Shown piece after piece: positions 1 to 10,584 of a stretch of DNA of 64,000 bases. The notes under the pieces are model-generated. The model was not told the DNA's origin, ran no database searches, and worked only from the letters and a program-made list of their open reading frames with translations. A program made the translations under genes and the position numbers. The number at the start of each line of letters is the position of its first letter. The first letter of the stretch is position 1. Origin of the DNA: Candidatus Latescibacterota bacterium (lineage in GTDB: Bacteria > Latescibacterota > UBA2968); the NCBI GenBank assembly GCA_965208125.1, contig OZ242320.1, positions 2,304,001 through 2,368,000 on the forward strand, given 5' to 3'.

Positions 1-99
1 GCGTACCATGACTTCGTCTTCTTTCGGTCCTTCCAGGTCCAGGTCCGCTACTTCCAGCGGCCTTCCCGGTTCATAGAGTAGTGATGCTTGCATTTTCAT
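1..99 (-). CDS. Zn-dependent alcohol dehydrogenase (MDR family), N-terminal part; runs off window edge
   Basis: Manual translation MKMQASLLYEPGRPLEVADLDLEGPKEDEVMVR; SD AAGGAG upstream; typical MDR/class III ADH N-terminus. Confidence 0.8.
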   Translation of the reverse strand, partial: MKMQASLLYEPGRPLEVADLDLEGPKEDEVMVR

Positions 100-115
100 G
101 GGGTGTCTCCTTTTT

Positions 116-263
116 GTAGGGGCGACCCCCTGTGGTCGCCCGGTGACTGTCGGCACGGCACGGGGGCCGTCTCCTACAATTACACACGATCATTACCTGT
201 AGGGACAACCCCCTGTGGTTGTCCGGCGTTCTTACGGGACGGCACGGGGGCCGGTCCCCTACA
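116..263. repeat. GTAG-type REP cluster (two inverted REP pairs)
   Basis: GTAGGGGCGACCCCCTGTGGTCGCCC and GTAGGGACAACCCCCTGTGGTTGTCC hairpins, each paired with an inverted ...CCTACA unit. Confidence 0.85.
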
Positions 264-1590
264 CCATAACCTCCGGTTCCTCATTCGGCGAGCGTCCGTC
301 GGAATTGTTGACCTGAGAGCCACCCGGTGCGGCGATGTACCCATCTGGCAAGAGGGGGTCATTCGTTTCTTCCATCCATGCGTGCAATCGATGGCTCAGG
401 TCCTTCCGCACAGGTGCCATGTCTTCCCGGTCGATGATGTTGTGCGTTTCATCGGGGTCGAATATGAGGTCGTACAACATTTCCTGGTCGCGCGGCAATT
501 TTTCCCAGTTTTGTTCGAGTAAGAACGCTTTTGTGGGTGTGTCATCGACGTTGGGCAATACGAGTTTGTCGCGGTTGTCGTATCGCCGAATATATTTGTA
601 TCGCGCCGTGCGGATGCTGCGCATGGGTTCGTACGCGGCGTGATACGTGACTTCTGAAAAGATTTCTTCCCGATGGCGGTCTTCATTTATCAGGGGGTGT
701 AGCGGTTTTCCCTGTACGTGGTCGGGTATTTCAATGCCGGAAGCGCGATATGCAGTGGGTAATAGGTCCATTAAGCTGACCATCGCGTTTATGACTTTTC
801 CGCCTTCAAATCCGCCCGGTCCGCGTATGATGAGGTACACGCCGATGCCGTGGTCTGTCAGGTTGCACATGTTGCGCGGAAATTGCAGGCCGTGGTCGGC
901 AAAGCAGAATACGAGGGTGTTGTCGGATAGGCCGGTTTCTTCGAGTGCTGCGAGTACGTTGCCGTAGTGGTTGTCCATGATGCGCGCAGAGGCTTTGTAG
1001 TCGGCTGTGTCTGACCGGGTTTCCGGTGTGTCGGGCAGGGGACGAGGTGGGGTGCAGTATTGTTCGCGTTCTGCGGGGTATTTGTCGGGTTCGGCACTGT
1101 GAAATGGTCGGTGTGTTTCGTTTAGGCCGAGGTTGAGGAAGAAGGGTTGTTGGGGTGCGTTTTTTATGAAATCTACGACGGCATCGGCGGGTTCGATCCA
1201 TTTGGGCTGTCCGGGGTAATTTGTGTCCAGTCCGGAGAGGATTTCGTCATATCCAATTGTGTCCAGGTCCGGCGCGGTGTGTTCTACGCCAGCGGTTGCG
1301 GTGAAGTAGCCATTTGTTTTAAAGATGCGGGCGGCATGCCAGTCGTAATTCGTCATGGCAAAGCCGCGGTGTGCAAGTCCTGTCATGCCACATGTATGGG
1401 GGTACATGCCGGTTAAGAAGCTGGCTCTGCTGGGCGAACAGGTGGGGGCTGTGGCATACGCCCGCCGAAATAGTACGCCTTGTTCTGCCAATCGCTGTAG
1501 ATGCGGCGTTGGTACGGCGTGTCCATAGGGTTCAATATAGGTTCCCGTGTTGTGCGAGTGCATAAATAAGATGTTTGGTCGTTCTGTCAT
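259..1590 (-). CDS. Cys-type formylglycine sulfatase (sulfamidase-like)
   Basis: RPNILF N-terminus, CSPSRAS motif, ADHG, LYDL..DPDE. Confidence 0.93.
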   Translation of the reverse strand: MTERPNILFMHSHNTGTYIEPYGHAVPTPHLQRLAEQGVLFRRAYATAPTCSPSRASFLTGMYPHTCGMTGLAHRGFAMTNYDWHAARIFKTNGYFTATAGVEHTAPDLDTIGYDEILSGLDTNYPGQPKWIEPADAVVDFIKNAPQQPFFLNLGLNETHRPFHSAEPDKYPAEREQYCTPPRPLPDTPETRSDTADYKASARIMDNHYGNVLAALEETGLSDNTLVFCFADHGLQFPRNMCNLTDHGIGVYLIIRGPGGFEGGKVINAMVSLMDLLPTAYRASGIEIPDHVQGKPLHPLINEDRHREEIFSEVTYHAAYEPMRSIRTARYKYIRRYDNRDKLVLPNVDDTPTKAFLLEQNWEKLPRDQEMLYDLIFDPDETHNIIDREDMAPVRKDLSHRLHAWMEETNDPLLPDGYIAAPGGSQVNNSDGRSPNEEPEVMV

Positions 1591-1682
1591 AAAACCTTCC
1601 TTGTCGCGGGTCTTGTTTGTTTATATCTTAATCCGCCCATTGTAATGGATTTCTCACGAGATTGAAATAGTTTTTTTTTGTT

Positions 1683-2168
1683 ATGGATATCCACCCTCTT
1701 GTTGCACATTTTCCCATTGCATTGCTGATCGTTGGCGTTGTTTGCGATGCGATTGGCATATTGCGTCATCGCGATTTTTTTGTGAGAGTGGGGTTTTTGC
1801 TCTTTTCGCTCGGTGCTTTGACCGCGATTCCAGTCGCGCTTACCGGGGATAGTGCTGCGGAGGTTGCACAACATATCAATGGTATTGCCGCAGATTTAGA
1901 GGATCACGATACGCTGGGTACGGTTACGACGTTTATAGCTGTTGCTCTGGTGCTGGTGCGCACGCATTTTGTTTTGAGAAAGAAATTTGTCGGGTTTGTT
2001 CGCTATGTGTATCTCGTTTTCGGTCTTGTTACCGCGGGTCTGGTGTGCGCGGCGGGATATACGGGTGGGCATCTGGTTTTTTTTTACGGCGCTGGAACAA
2101 AGTCCGTCACGTCGCAGATTGAGTTGGAAAAGCGCGTGCCGCGAGTCGATAAATTTGAGAGCAAATAG
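1683..2168 (+). CDS. DUF2231-type membrane protein
   Basis: HPLVAHFPIAL start, four hydrophobic segments, GYTGGHLVF..GAG. Confidence 0.85.
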   Translation: MDIHPLVAHFPIALLIVGVVCDAIGILRHRDFFVRVGFLLFSLGALTAIPVALTGDSAAEVAQHINGIAADLEDHDTLGTVTTFIAVALVLVRTHFVLRKKFVGFVRYVYLVFGLVTAGLVCAAGYTGGHLVFFYGAGTKSVTSQIELEKRVPRVDKFESK

Positions 2169-2175
2169 AGACAAT

Positions 2176-2886
2176 ATGCCGATTTATCTCAAAAATCCGC
2201 ACAGTATTCTGGCTGTGCTGAAAAAGCGTCCGCAGGATGTTTTCGAGATTCGATTGCCTGCCAAACAGGGCGGTGGCGCGTGGGAAACTGTGCGGGAGCG
2301 GGCAGAGGAGGTCGGTGTGCGCGTGTTTTTTGGGCGGGGAGAACAGGGGGCTGCGCGGCAGGGTCGGTCTCGTGGAGGAGACGCTGAAGCTGCGGTTAAA
2401 GAACATCCGGGTTGTAATCTCGCGGATCTGTTTGCCGATAATGCGGGTCTTTTTTTGGCGCTGGATACGGTGCAGGATCCGCAAAATCTGGGGGCGATTT
2501 TTCGCTCTGCGGCTTTTTTTGGGGTGCGCGGTGTTTTGCTTACCCGAGATCGTTCCGCTTCGATGACGGGCGCGGTGTACGATGTTGCTTCGGGGGGTGT
2601 CGAGTATGTTCCGTTTTCTGTTCAGACGAATCTGAGCCGGGCGTTGGATGTGGCGAAGGATGCGGGGTTGTGGGTTTTGGGGACTTCTGAGCATGCGGAG
2701 AAGGATTTGAGCGCGTTTTCGGCAGATCGTTCCTGGCTTCTGGTGCTGGGGAATGAGGAGAGCGGTATGAGACGCCTTACGCGCGATAAGTGCGATGAGT
2801 TATGCCGCATTGTCCCTCGCGGTGCAATCGGGTCTCTGAATGTGTCTGCCGCCGCCGCGATTTGTATGTATCATTTTCAGAAGTGA
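2176..2886 (+). CDS. rlmB: SPOUT TrmH/RlmB-family RNA 2'-O-methyltransferase
   Basis: LDTVQDPQNLGAIFRSA, LGNEESG and SLNVSAA motifs; start taken at ATG 2176. Confidence 0.85.
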   Translation: MPIYLKNPHSILAVLKKRPQDVFEIRLPAKQGGGAWETVRERAEEVGVRVFFGRGEQGAARQGRSRGGDAEAAVKEHPGCNLADLFADNAGLFLALDTVQDPQNLGAIFRSAAFFGVRGVLLTRDRSASMTGAVYDVASGGVEYVPFSVQTNLSRALDVAKDAGLWVLGTSEHAEKDLSAFSADRSWLLVLGNEESGMRRLTRDKCDELCRIVPRGAIGSLNVSAAAAICMYHFQK

Positions 2887-2901
2887 TAAAAGGAGATTGC
2901 G

Positions 2902-4470
2902 ATGCCGGATGACAAACCCAAAATGCCATTGTTTATTGGCTTTGGGTTTTTGTTTTTCGCAATACTCGTCGAAATGATCGCAATATTGCGACTCAATAAT
3001 GGTTTTTTTGTCTATACGCTCGATGATCCGTACATTCACATGGCTCTGGCAGAACAGATAAAAGAGGGACATTATGGCGTTAATTCAGGCGAATTTTCTG
3101 CGCCATCATCCAGCATTTTATGGCCGTTTCTTATCGCTCCTTTTGCTTCTTTCGAGTGTTTTCCCCTGCTGGTCAATAGTGCTTCTGCGATGCTGACGGT
3201 GTTTGTTTTTTTTCAAATTTTGAATTTGTCATTCAGGATCAGCGACGAGCGCATCAAAGCGATTTTTATATCTTTGTTGTTAATATTACTTATCCTGGGG
3301 ACAAATACAATCGGGCTGATTTTTACGGGCATGGAACACTCACTGCAACTCTTGCTCGTTACAGCAGTGGCTTTGGGGTTGATTGTTGAAGGCAAAAAAA
3401 ACAAAGTAGAACCGTGGTTTTTGGTTGCATTAGCGGCTGCACCTCTGATTCGTTATGAAAATACAGCGATTGCACTCGCAGCGCTCAGTTATCTCTTTGT
3501 GTGCAAATATTACAAAAGAGCAACGTCTGTTTTGTTGTTTATTGTCGTCCTCGTCGGTGGGTTTTCGATTTTTCTCACCCAATTGGGTCTGAGTCCATTG
3601 CCTGCGTCAGTTGTGCTCAAATCATCCGTTGTGGCGAGTGGCGGAAAGCTCTATTCGTTTGTCGGTCATTTAAAGTACAGTCTCACTGAGATAAAAGGCG
3701 TTTTGCTGTCTCTGGGGGGATTGGGGCTTTTGTGTTATGTTTTGTTTTGTAAGGAAAAGAATAAAACACACTTATTAGCGGTTGTCACTCTGTTTGCACT
3801 GGTTATACATTTACTCGCGGGACGCTATGGCTGGTATAACAGGTACGAAGTTTATATATGGTCATTTTCGTTGTTAATATTTTTTTATTTGCTGGGCAAT
3901 CTTCTGACAAAACTTTTGGAGGGAGACAGCAGGCATAGTCATTTGATTAAGGTGATCATCGTAGCTATCGGTTTTGTGATTGTCACCAGCCCGCGCTATA
4001 TTAGCGATTTATTTTTTTTGCCAATTGCTGCCAATAATATATATGAGCAGCACTATCAGATGCACCGTTTTGCCGTTCATTACCACAAGAAGCCGGTGGC
4101 TGTGAATGATTTGGGGTATGTGTCTTATAAGAACGACAATTATGTGCTGGATTTGTGGGGTCTGGCATCTCGAGAGGCACTTGTACACAGAAAGAGCAAT
4201 CGAGGTTCAGAATGGCTGAATGCGTTGGCAAAATCAAGGGATGTTGAGTTGGCTATGATTTATGAACCGTGGTTTAACACTCTGCCCGATGATTGGATCA
4301 AAATAGGAGAGTTGCATTTGGGAAAGAGGCCGATAACCCCCGCTTCTGGTACGGTCTCATTTTATGCAATGAACCGGAGTGCCTATATTGAAATTGTGGC
4401 AAAGTTACAGGCTTTTGTAAAAACATTACCCCCTCGTGTTGAATTCGCTTTTGCAGATCATATCAATTGA
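2902..4470 (+). CDS. Polytopic membrane protein, GT-C-fold glycosyltransferase-like
   Basis: DDPYIH loop after TM1, SS.LW, GME, RYE, DLWGL motifs; many TM segments; AT-richer than neighbours. Confidence 0.65.
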   Translation: MPDDKPKMPLFIGFGFLFFAILVEMIAILRLNNGFFVYTLDDPYIHMALAEQIKEGHYGVNSGEFSAPSSSILWPFLIAPFASFECFPLLVNSASAMLTVFVFFQILNLSFRISDERIKAIFISLLLILLILGTNTIGLIFTGMEHSLQLLLVTAVALGLIVEGKKNKVEPWFLVALAAAPLIRYENTAIALAALSYLFVCKYYKRATSVLLFIVVLVGGFSIFLTQLGLSPLPASVVLKSSVVASGGKLYSFVGHLKYSLTEIKGVLLSLGGLGLLCYVLFCKEKNKTHLLAVVTLFALVIHLLAGRYGWYNRYEVYIWSFSLLIFFYLLGNLLTKLLEGDSRHSHLIKVIIVAIGFVIVTSPRYISDLFFLPIAANNIYEQHYQMHRFAVHYHKKPVAVNDLGYVSYKNDNYVLDLWGLASREALVHRKSNRGSEWLNALAKSRDVELAMIYEPWFNTLPDDWIKIGELHLGKRPITPASGTVSFYAMNRSAYIEIVAKLQAFVKTLPPRVEFAFADHIN

Positions 4471-4498
4471 CAACGTGTTTCACTATAAGGAGATTACA

Positions 4499-5929
4499 AT
4501 GCCGGATAAGAGACCCAATATTTTACTTATTATGACGGATCAGCAGCGCGGCGATTGCCTGGGGATTGAGGGCCATCCCGTGTTGCAGACGCCGAATCTG
4601 GACTATATGGCTGCGTCGGGGGTGCGTTTTCGCCACGCTTATTCGGCTTGTCCGGTGTGTGTGCCGGCGCGTCGTACGGTGATTACGGGGCGCAAGCCGA
4701 GCAATCACGGTGCGCTTCAAAATGCCCAGGCACCGCTGCCGTGGCCGACTTTGCCCGGGGTCTTGCGCGATGCGGGGTATCGCACCCATCTTTCGGGCAA
4801 GGCTCACTGGGGTCCGCCTGCGAGGGAACTCGGGTTTGATTCCGCAGAATGGGCGGATAGTCCGATTTCGGGGGTTGATAATGATTATCAGAAGTATGTG
4901 CGCGAGAATGGTGCAGCGTGGCACCGGGCTTCCGATGCGCATGGGATGTATAGCAATGGTTTTCCAGGGCGTCCGTGGCATTTGGATGAGCATTTGCATT
5001 TTACCAATTGGTGTACGCAAAAGGGGCTGGAGTTTATCGATTCGCAAAGGGGGGATCAGCCGTGGTTTTTGGCGGTTAATTTTATTCATCCGCACCAGCC
5101 GGTTACGCCGCCCGCACATTATTTTGATAAGTATATGGCGATGGATTTGCCAGAGCCGTATGTGGGGGATTGGGCGCGGGTTTTCGATGGTCCCGTGCGC
5201 GGGTTGCAGCCGGAGTGCTGGCGGTTGTGTCTGGATCCTCCGGTTATGAAGGCGACGCGCGCGGGTTATTACGGGTGTGTCGAACATATTGACCACCAGA
5301 TTGCGCGTCTGGTGAGTGGTCGCGTGTTGCCGGACAATACGATTGTGGTGTTTGCTTCTGATCACGGGGAGATGCTCGGCGATCATCAGTGGCTGCGAAA
5401 GCGCAATCCTTTTGAGCCGTCTGCGCGCGTTCCGTTGTTGATGAATTTTCCCAATAGTTTGGGGTTGCCGCAAGAGCAGGTGATCGAGCGTCCGGTTGAG
5501 TTGATGGATATTATGCCGACGTTGCTCGATGCGGTGGGGGTTCCGATTCCGGATACGGTGGATGGGGAGAGTGTTTTGCCGATTATTCGCGATTCACAAG
5601 CGGCGTGGCGAGATTATGTACACGGCGAGTGCGCGAGTGTGCCTACGTCGAATAGCGGGATGCAATATGTGACGGATGGGAAGCGCAAGTTCGCGTATTT
5701 GCCAGGGCAGGGGCGGGAGCTGTTTTTCGATGTGGAAAATGATCCGTGCGAGATGACCAATCTGGCGGATGATCCAGGATGGGCGGATGAGATCGCGATG
5801 TGGCGGTCCCGTCTTATTGGGGAGCTGGTCGGTCGCCCGGAAGGTTTTACAGATGGCGAACAGCTTCTGGTGAAAGATGGTTCAACTGCTGGGACGATTC
5901 CGGTATGGGAGGAATATGAAGGTGGTTAA
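4499..5929 (+). CDS. Cys-type sulfatase (arylsulfatase/choline sulfatase-like)
   Basis: RPNILLIMTDQQR, CVPARR, GKAH, SDHGEMLGDH; SD AAGGAG before ATG 4499. Confidence 0.93.
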   Translation: MPDKRPNILLIMTDQQRGDCLGIEGHPVLQTPNLDYMAASGVRFRHAYSACPVCVPARRTVITGRKPSNHGALQNAQAPLPWPTLPGVLRDAGYRTHLSGKAHWGPPARELGFDSAEWADSPISGVDNDYQKYVRENGAAWHRASDAHGMYSNGFPGRPWHLDEHLHFTNWCTQKGLEFIDSQRGDQPWFLAVNFIHPHQPVTPPAHYFDKYMAMDLPEPYVGDWARVFDGPVRGLQPECWRLCLDPPVMKATRAGYYGCVEHIDHQIARLVSGRVLPDNTIVVFASDHGEMLGDHQWLRKRNPFEPSARVPLLMNFPNSLGLPQEQVIERPVELMDIMPTLLDAVGVPIPDTVDGESVLPIIRDSQAAWRDYVHGECASVPTSNSGMQYVTDGKRKFAYLPGQGRELFFDVENDPCEMTNLADDPGWADEIAMWRSRLIGELVGRPEGFTDGEQLLVKDGSTAGTIPVWEEYEGG

Positions 5930-5933
5930 TCGG

Positions 5934-7481
5934 TTATTTTCGTAGATCACTTCCAGTCATTTCATCGGGTTTTGACAGGTTGAGGAGGGAGAGCAGGGTG
6001 GGGGCGACGTCGCGCAAGGTGCCGCCAGCGCGGAGTTTTCCCCTGTAGGTGGGGTCAACGAGTACGAAGGGTACGGGGTTGGTGGTGTGTGCGGTGTGGG
6101 GTTCGCCGGTGTCGTAGTGGATCATTTGTTCGGCGTTGCCGTGGTCGGCGGTGACGATGGCTGCGCCGTTTGCGTTTTCTATGGCTTTGAGGACGCGGTC
6201 CAGGCATGTGTCAACGGTGGTGACGGCCTGTATGGCGGCTTCGAGGATGCCGGTGTGGCCGACCATGTCGGGGTTGGCGAAGTTGCATATTGCGGCGTCG
6301 TATTGGTCGGATGCGATGGCTTCTGTGAATCGGTCTGCGATTTCAGGTGCGCTCATTTCGGGTTTGTGGTCGTAGGTGGGGACGTCTTTGGGCGATGGTA
6401 CGAGGATGCGTTCTTCTCCGTCAAAGGGGGTTTCCCGTTGGCCGTTGAAGAAGAAGGTGACGTGGGCGTATTTTTCTGTTTCTGCGATGCGTAGTTGTCG
6501 TTTGTTTGCCCGGGCGATGACCGATCCGCAGATGTTGGGCATGTTTTGCGAGAGGGTTTCAGGGGGGTAGGCGATGCCGGTGACGGGTACGTCGGCTTCG
6601 TATCGGGTGAGGGTGGTGAAGTGGGTGTTGGGCCAGGTGTGGCGTTGAAAGCCGTCGAAGTTTTTGAGTGTAAAGGCGCGGGTGAGTTGCCGTGGTCTGT
6701 CGCCGCGAAAGTTGAAGAAGATGACGCTGTCCCCGTCTTTTATGGTGGGGTTGCTGGCGATGGCGATGGGTTTGATGAATTCGTCGGTTTCGCCGCGGTT
6801 GTAGGCGTTTTGTATGGCTGTGATGGGGTCGGTTTCTGTGATGCCTTTGCCCTGTGTGAGGAGGTCGTAGGCTATTTGGGTGCGTTCCCAGCGGTGGTCG
6901 CGGTCCATGGCGTAATACCGCCCGGATATGGATGCGACGCGGCCAATGCCATGGGTTTTGAACATGGCGAGGAGTTCGCGCATGCGGTGGATTGCGCTTT
7001 GGGGCGGTGTGTCGCGTCCGTCTGTGAAGGCGTGGATGAAGAGGCGATCTGAGGGGAGGCCCCGCTCGGCTGCCATTTTGATGAGGCCCTCGTAATGACT
7101 GGGCCAGGAGTGTACGCCGCCGTCAGAGACGAGGCCGATGAGGTGGAGGTTGCGGTTGTGATTTTTGATGCGGTCTATGGCGGCAATTAAGGCTTCGTTT
7201 TTGTACAGGCTGCCGTCTCGCACGCGGTCGTCGATCTGGGTCATGGCTTGCATGACGGTGCGTCCCGCACCGAGGTTGAGGTGGCCGACTTCGGAGTTGC
7301 CCATGAGTCCGTCGGGTAGTCCGACCGCGCGTCCAGAGGTGTCGAGGGTGGTGTGAGCACAATTGGCCCAGATGCGATCCATTGTCGGGGTGCTGGCAAG
7401 GGCTACGGCGTTGTGGTCCCGGCGCGGGTTTAAACCCCAGCCGTCGAGGATGATGAGTGCGACAAAGCGTTGGTTGGTCAT
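5934..7481 (-). CDS. gpmI: 2,3-bisphosphoglycerate-independent phosphoglycerate mutase
   Basis: LIILDGWG, MGNSEVGH, DGRDT, AETEKYAHVTFF, DMVGHTG, TADHGNAE; alternative start at 7493. Confidence 0.97.
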   Translation of the reverse strand: MTNQRFVALIILDGWGLNPRRDHNAVALASTPTMDRIWANCAHTTLDTSGRAVGLPDGLMGNSEVGHLNLGAGRTVMQAMTQIDDRVRDGSLYKNEALIAAIDRIKNHNRNLHLIGLVSDGGVHSWPSHYEGLIKMAAERGLPSDRLFIHAFTDGRDTPPQSAIHRMRELLAMFKTHGIGRVASISGRYYAMDRDHRWERTQIAYDLLTQGKGITETDPITAIQNAYNRGETDEFIKPIAIASNPTIKDGDSVIFFNFRGDRPRQLTRAFTLKNFDGFQRHTWPNTHFTTLTRYEADVPVTGIAYPPETLSQNMPNICGSVIARANKRQLRIAETEKYAHVTFFFNGQRETPFDGEERILVPSPKDVPTYDHKPEMSAPEIADRFTEAIASDQYDAAICNFANPDMVGHTGILEAAIQAVTTVDTCLDRVLKAIENANGAAIVTADHGNAEQMIHYDTGEPHTAHTTNPVPFVLVDPTYRGKLRAGGTLRDVAPTLLSLLNLSKPDEMTGSDLRK

Positions 7482-7495
7482 GGTCGTTATCATTT

Positions 7496-7694
7496 GTAGG
7501 GGCGGGTTGAACTGGCCTGAGAGACAGCCAGTTGTACCCCGCTCGCAACCCGCCCATCTGTCATGGCGGCATGATTATTGTAGGGGCAACCCTTGTGGTT
7601 GCCCGATTGTAGGGGCGAGGCATGCGTCATCGCGGCATGATGTTAGCCGCGATCCAGTGTTTGTAAATGTAGGGGACGGCCCCTGTGCCGTCCC
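7496..7694. repeat. Composite REP cluster (four GTAG units plus CGTC-type palindrome)
   Basis: GTAGGGGCGGG...CCCGCCC, GTAGGGGCAACCCTTGTGGTTGCCC, GTAGGGGCGAGGCATG, GTCATCGCGGCATGATGTTAGCCGCGATCCAG, GTAGGGGACGGCCCCTGTGCCGTCCC. Confidence 0.85.
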
Positions 7695-7838
7695 AGCGAT
7701 CAGCGAAAGAAAATATATATTCTTCCCAATCCAATCAAGTGCGAAGCGTACAAAAAGGGTTTGAAAATATGGGTTGTTGTGGTATTTTTTATGCTCGCAC
7801 AAAAAGTAAATGAATAACATCAAAAGAGGAATCAGTTT

Positions 7839-10520
7839 ATGAGTCAAACGCATAATCCTTTGAATTCGCGCGATACACTTTCTACTATGGCGGGTGATCT
7901 CGCGATTTTTCGGCTGGATCGGTTGGAATCAGATGGCATTGGGGCGGTGTCGAGTTTGCCGTTTTCCGTGCGGGTGCTGCTCGAGGCGGCGCTGCGAAAT
8001 TTGGATGGGTACCAGGTTCGGGAGGAGGATGTGGGGGCGCTGGCGAATTGGAATGCTGCCAATCCCAATCCGATAGAGATACCGTTTAAGCCCGCGCGGG
8101 TTGTGTTGCAAGATTTTACAGGTGTGCCTTCGCTGGTGGATCTGGCGGCGTTGCGTTCGGCTATGGGGCGCATGGGGGGCGATGCAAGTCGGGTTGAGCC
8201 GTTGATTCCGGTGGATCTGGTTGTGGATCATTCGGTGCAGGTGGATAGTTTTGCAAATTCGGATGCGTTGCGGAGAAATGCAGAGATTGAATTTGATCGC
8301 AATCGGGAGCGGTATGAGTTTTTGCGCTGGGGTGCCAATGCGTTTGAGAGTTTCAGGGTGGTGCCGCCGCTGACGGGTATTGTGCATCAGGTCAATCTCG
8401 AGTATCTGGCGAAGGGGGTTATTGCCCGCGATGGCGTGGCTTTTCCCGATAGTCTGGTGGGGGCAGATTCACATACGACGATGATTAATGCCCTGGGTGT
8501 GGTGGGCTGGGGTGTGGGGGGTATAGAGGCGGAGGCGGTGATGCTGGGGCAGCCGATTTATATGCTGACGCCAGAAGTTGTCGGGTTCAAGTTGTACGGG
8601 CGGTTGCCCGAGGGTACGACGGCGACGGATTTGACGTTGACGGTGGTTCAGATGTTGCGCGAGAAAGGCGTGGTAGATAAGTTTGTCGAGTTTTACGGCA
8701 CGGGGTTGACGGGTATTGGGCTGGCGGATCGCGCGACGGTTGCCAATATGGCGCCGGAATACGGGGCGACGATGGGGTTTTTCCCGGTGGATGATGAGAC
8801 GTTGCGCTATTTGGCGCGCACGGGTCGCACGGCGGAAGAGGTGGATGTGGTTGAGCGGTACGCGAAGGAGCAGGGTTTGTTCCGAACAGATGATACGCCG
8901 GAGCCGCGGTTTACGGATACGCTTGAACTGGATTTGAGTACGGTGGAGCCGAGTTTGGCGGGTCCAAAACGGCCACAGGATCGCATTGCACTGGGGCAGA
9001 TGAAGGATGCGTTTGAAGGGGCGTTGCGCGCACCGGTGGGCAATAGTGGTTTTGGGCTGGATGATGATGAGGTTCAAAAGCGGATGAATGGGAAGCTCGG
9101 ACACGGGGCGGTGGTGATTGCGGCGATTACGAGTTGTACCAATACGAGCAATCCTTCCGTGATGGTGGCTGCTGGTTTGTTGGCGAAGAAGGCGGTGGAG
9201 AAGGGGTTGAAGGTTCACGCACATGTCAAGACGAGTCTGGCGCCGGGTTCGCGCGTGGTGTCGGATTATCTCGATCAGGCGGGTTTGACGCCGTATTTGG
9301 AGCAGTTGGGTTTTCATACGGTGGGTTATGGTTGTACGACGTGTATCGGAAATAGCGGGCCGTTGCCCGATCCGGTGGTTGCCGCGATTCACGAGGGGGA
9401 TCTGGTGGCGGCGGCGGTGTTGAGTGGCAATCGCAATTTTGAAGGTCGCGTGCATCCGCATGTGAAGGCGAATTATCTGGCGTCGCCGCCGCTGGTTGTG
9501 GCGTATGCTCTGGCGGGACGGGTGGATCTGGATTTGACTGCGGAGCCGATAGGGCTGGATGGGGATGGCAATGCGGTGTTTTTGCGCGATGTCTGGCCCG
9601 GTCAGGATGAGATTGGCGATACGATTGCACGGACGCTCAAGCCAGATATGTTTGAGGCGCGCTATGGCAATGTGTTTGAGGGCAATGAGATGTGGAATGC
9701 GGTTGGCGGGCAAGAGGGGGATCTCTATGGGTGGCAGGTGGAGAGTACTTATGTGCAGGAGCCGCCGTTTTTTGTGGATTTGTCGTCGGAGTTAGACGCG
9801 ATTTCGGATATTACGGGTGCGCGGGTGCTGGCGCGATTGGGCGATTCGGTGACGACGGATCACATTTCTCCGGCGGGTTCGATTGCGGTGGATAGTCCGG
9901 CGGGGCAGTTTTTGATTGCTCGAGGGGTTGAGCCAAAGGATTTCAATTCTTATGGTTCGCGGCGGGGCAATCACGAGGTGATGATGCGGGGTACGTTTGC
10001 GAATATTCGCATTCGCAATTCGCTGGCGCCAGGTACAGAGGGCGGTGTGACGGTGCATCTGCCTTCGGATAAGCAGATGAGTATTTACGATGCGGCGATG
10101 CGGTATGTGGATGAGGGCGTGCCGTCGATTGTGATCGCGGGGGCGGAGTACGGTTCGGGGTCGTCGCGCGATTGGGCGGCTAAGGGTCCGTTACTTTTGG
10201 GCGTGCGCGCGGTGCTTGTGGAGAGTTTTGAACGCATTCACCGCAGCAATCTGGTGGGTATGGGGGTGTTGCCGCTGGAGTTTGTGGATGGCGAGAATGC
10301 CGAGTCGCTGGGGCTTACGGGGCGAGAGGTGTACGATATTACGGGTCTGAGCGATGATTTGCAGCCTTTGCAAGATGTAACGGTGACGGCGAGGGATGAG
10401 GATGGGAATGTGAAGTCGTTTTCTGCGACGGTGCGTATCGATACGCCGGTGGAGATCGATTATTATCGCAATGGGGGGATTTTGCATACGGTGTTGCGGG
10501 GTTTTTTGAAGGGTGAGTAG
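7839..10520 (+). CDS. acnA: Aconitate hydratase A
   Basis: [58 protein letters not shown]. Confidence 0.98.
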   Translation: MSQTHNPLNSRDTLSTMAGDLAIFRLDRLESDGIGAVSSLPFSVRVLLEAALRNLDGYQVREEDVGALANWNAANPNPIEIPFKPARVVLQDFTGVPSLVDLAALRSAMGRMGGDASRVEPLIPVDLVVDHSVQVDSFANSDALRRNAEIEFDRNRERYEFLRWGANAFESFRVVPPLTGIVHQVNLEYLAKGVIARDGVAFPDSLVGADSHTTMINALGVVGWGVGGIEAEAVMLGQPIYMLTPEVVGFKLYGRLPEGTTATDLTLTVVQMLREKGVVDKFVEFYGTGLTGIGLADRATVANMAPEYGATMGFFPVDDETLRYLARTGRTAEEVDVVERYAKEQGLFRTDDTPEPRFTDTLELDLSTVEPSLAGPKRPQDRIALGQMKDAFEGALRAPVGNSGFGLDDDEVQKRMNGKLGHGAVVIAAITSCTNTSNPSVMVAAGLLAKKAVEKGLKVHAHVKTSLAPGSRVVSDYLDQAGLTPYLEQLGFHTVGYGCTTCIGNSGPLPDPVVAAIHEGDLVAAAVLSGNRNFEGRVHPHVKANYLASPPLVVAYALAGRVDLDLTAEPIGLDGDGNAVFLRDVWPGQDEIGDTIARTLKPDMFEARYGNVFEGNEMWNAVGGQEGDLYGWQVESTYVQEPPFFVDLSSELDAISDITGARVLARLGDSVTTDHISPAGSIAVDSPAGQFLIARGVEPKDFNSYGSRRGNHEVMMRGTFANIRIRNSLAPGTEGGVTVHLPSDKQMSIYDAAMRYVDEGVPSIVIAGAEYGSGSSRDWAAKGPLLLGVRAVLVESFERIHRSNLVGMGVLPLEFVDGENAESLGLTGREVYDITGLSDDLQPLQDVTVTARDEDGNVKSFSATVRIDTPVEIDYYRNGGILHTVLRGFLKGE

Positions 10521-10532
10521 ATGGGGTAATAC

Positions 10533-10574
10533 AAAAGAACCGGGTACATCTGTGTGATGTGCCCGGTTCTTTTT
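10533..10574. terminator. Bidirectional intrinsic terminator between acnA and the giant adhesin gene
   Basis: AAAAGAACCGGGTACATC-loop-GATGTGCCCGGTTCTTTT. Confidence 0.85.
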
Positions 10575-10584
10575 GTTGCAGAGT

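Noticed and set aside
8469-9713. 414-aa ORF antisense to acnA (similarly 4523-5473, 34723-35601, 44360-45787)
   Set aside because: Shadow ORFs caused by codon bias of the real genes on the opposite strand
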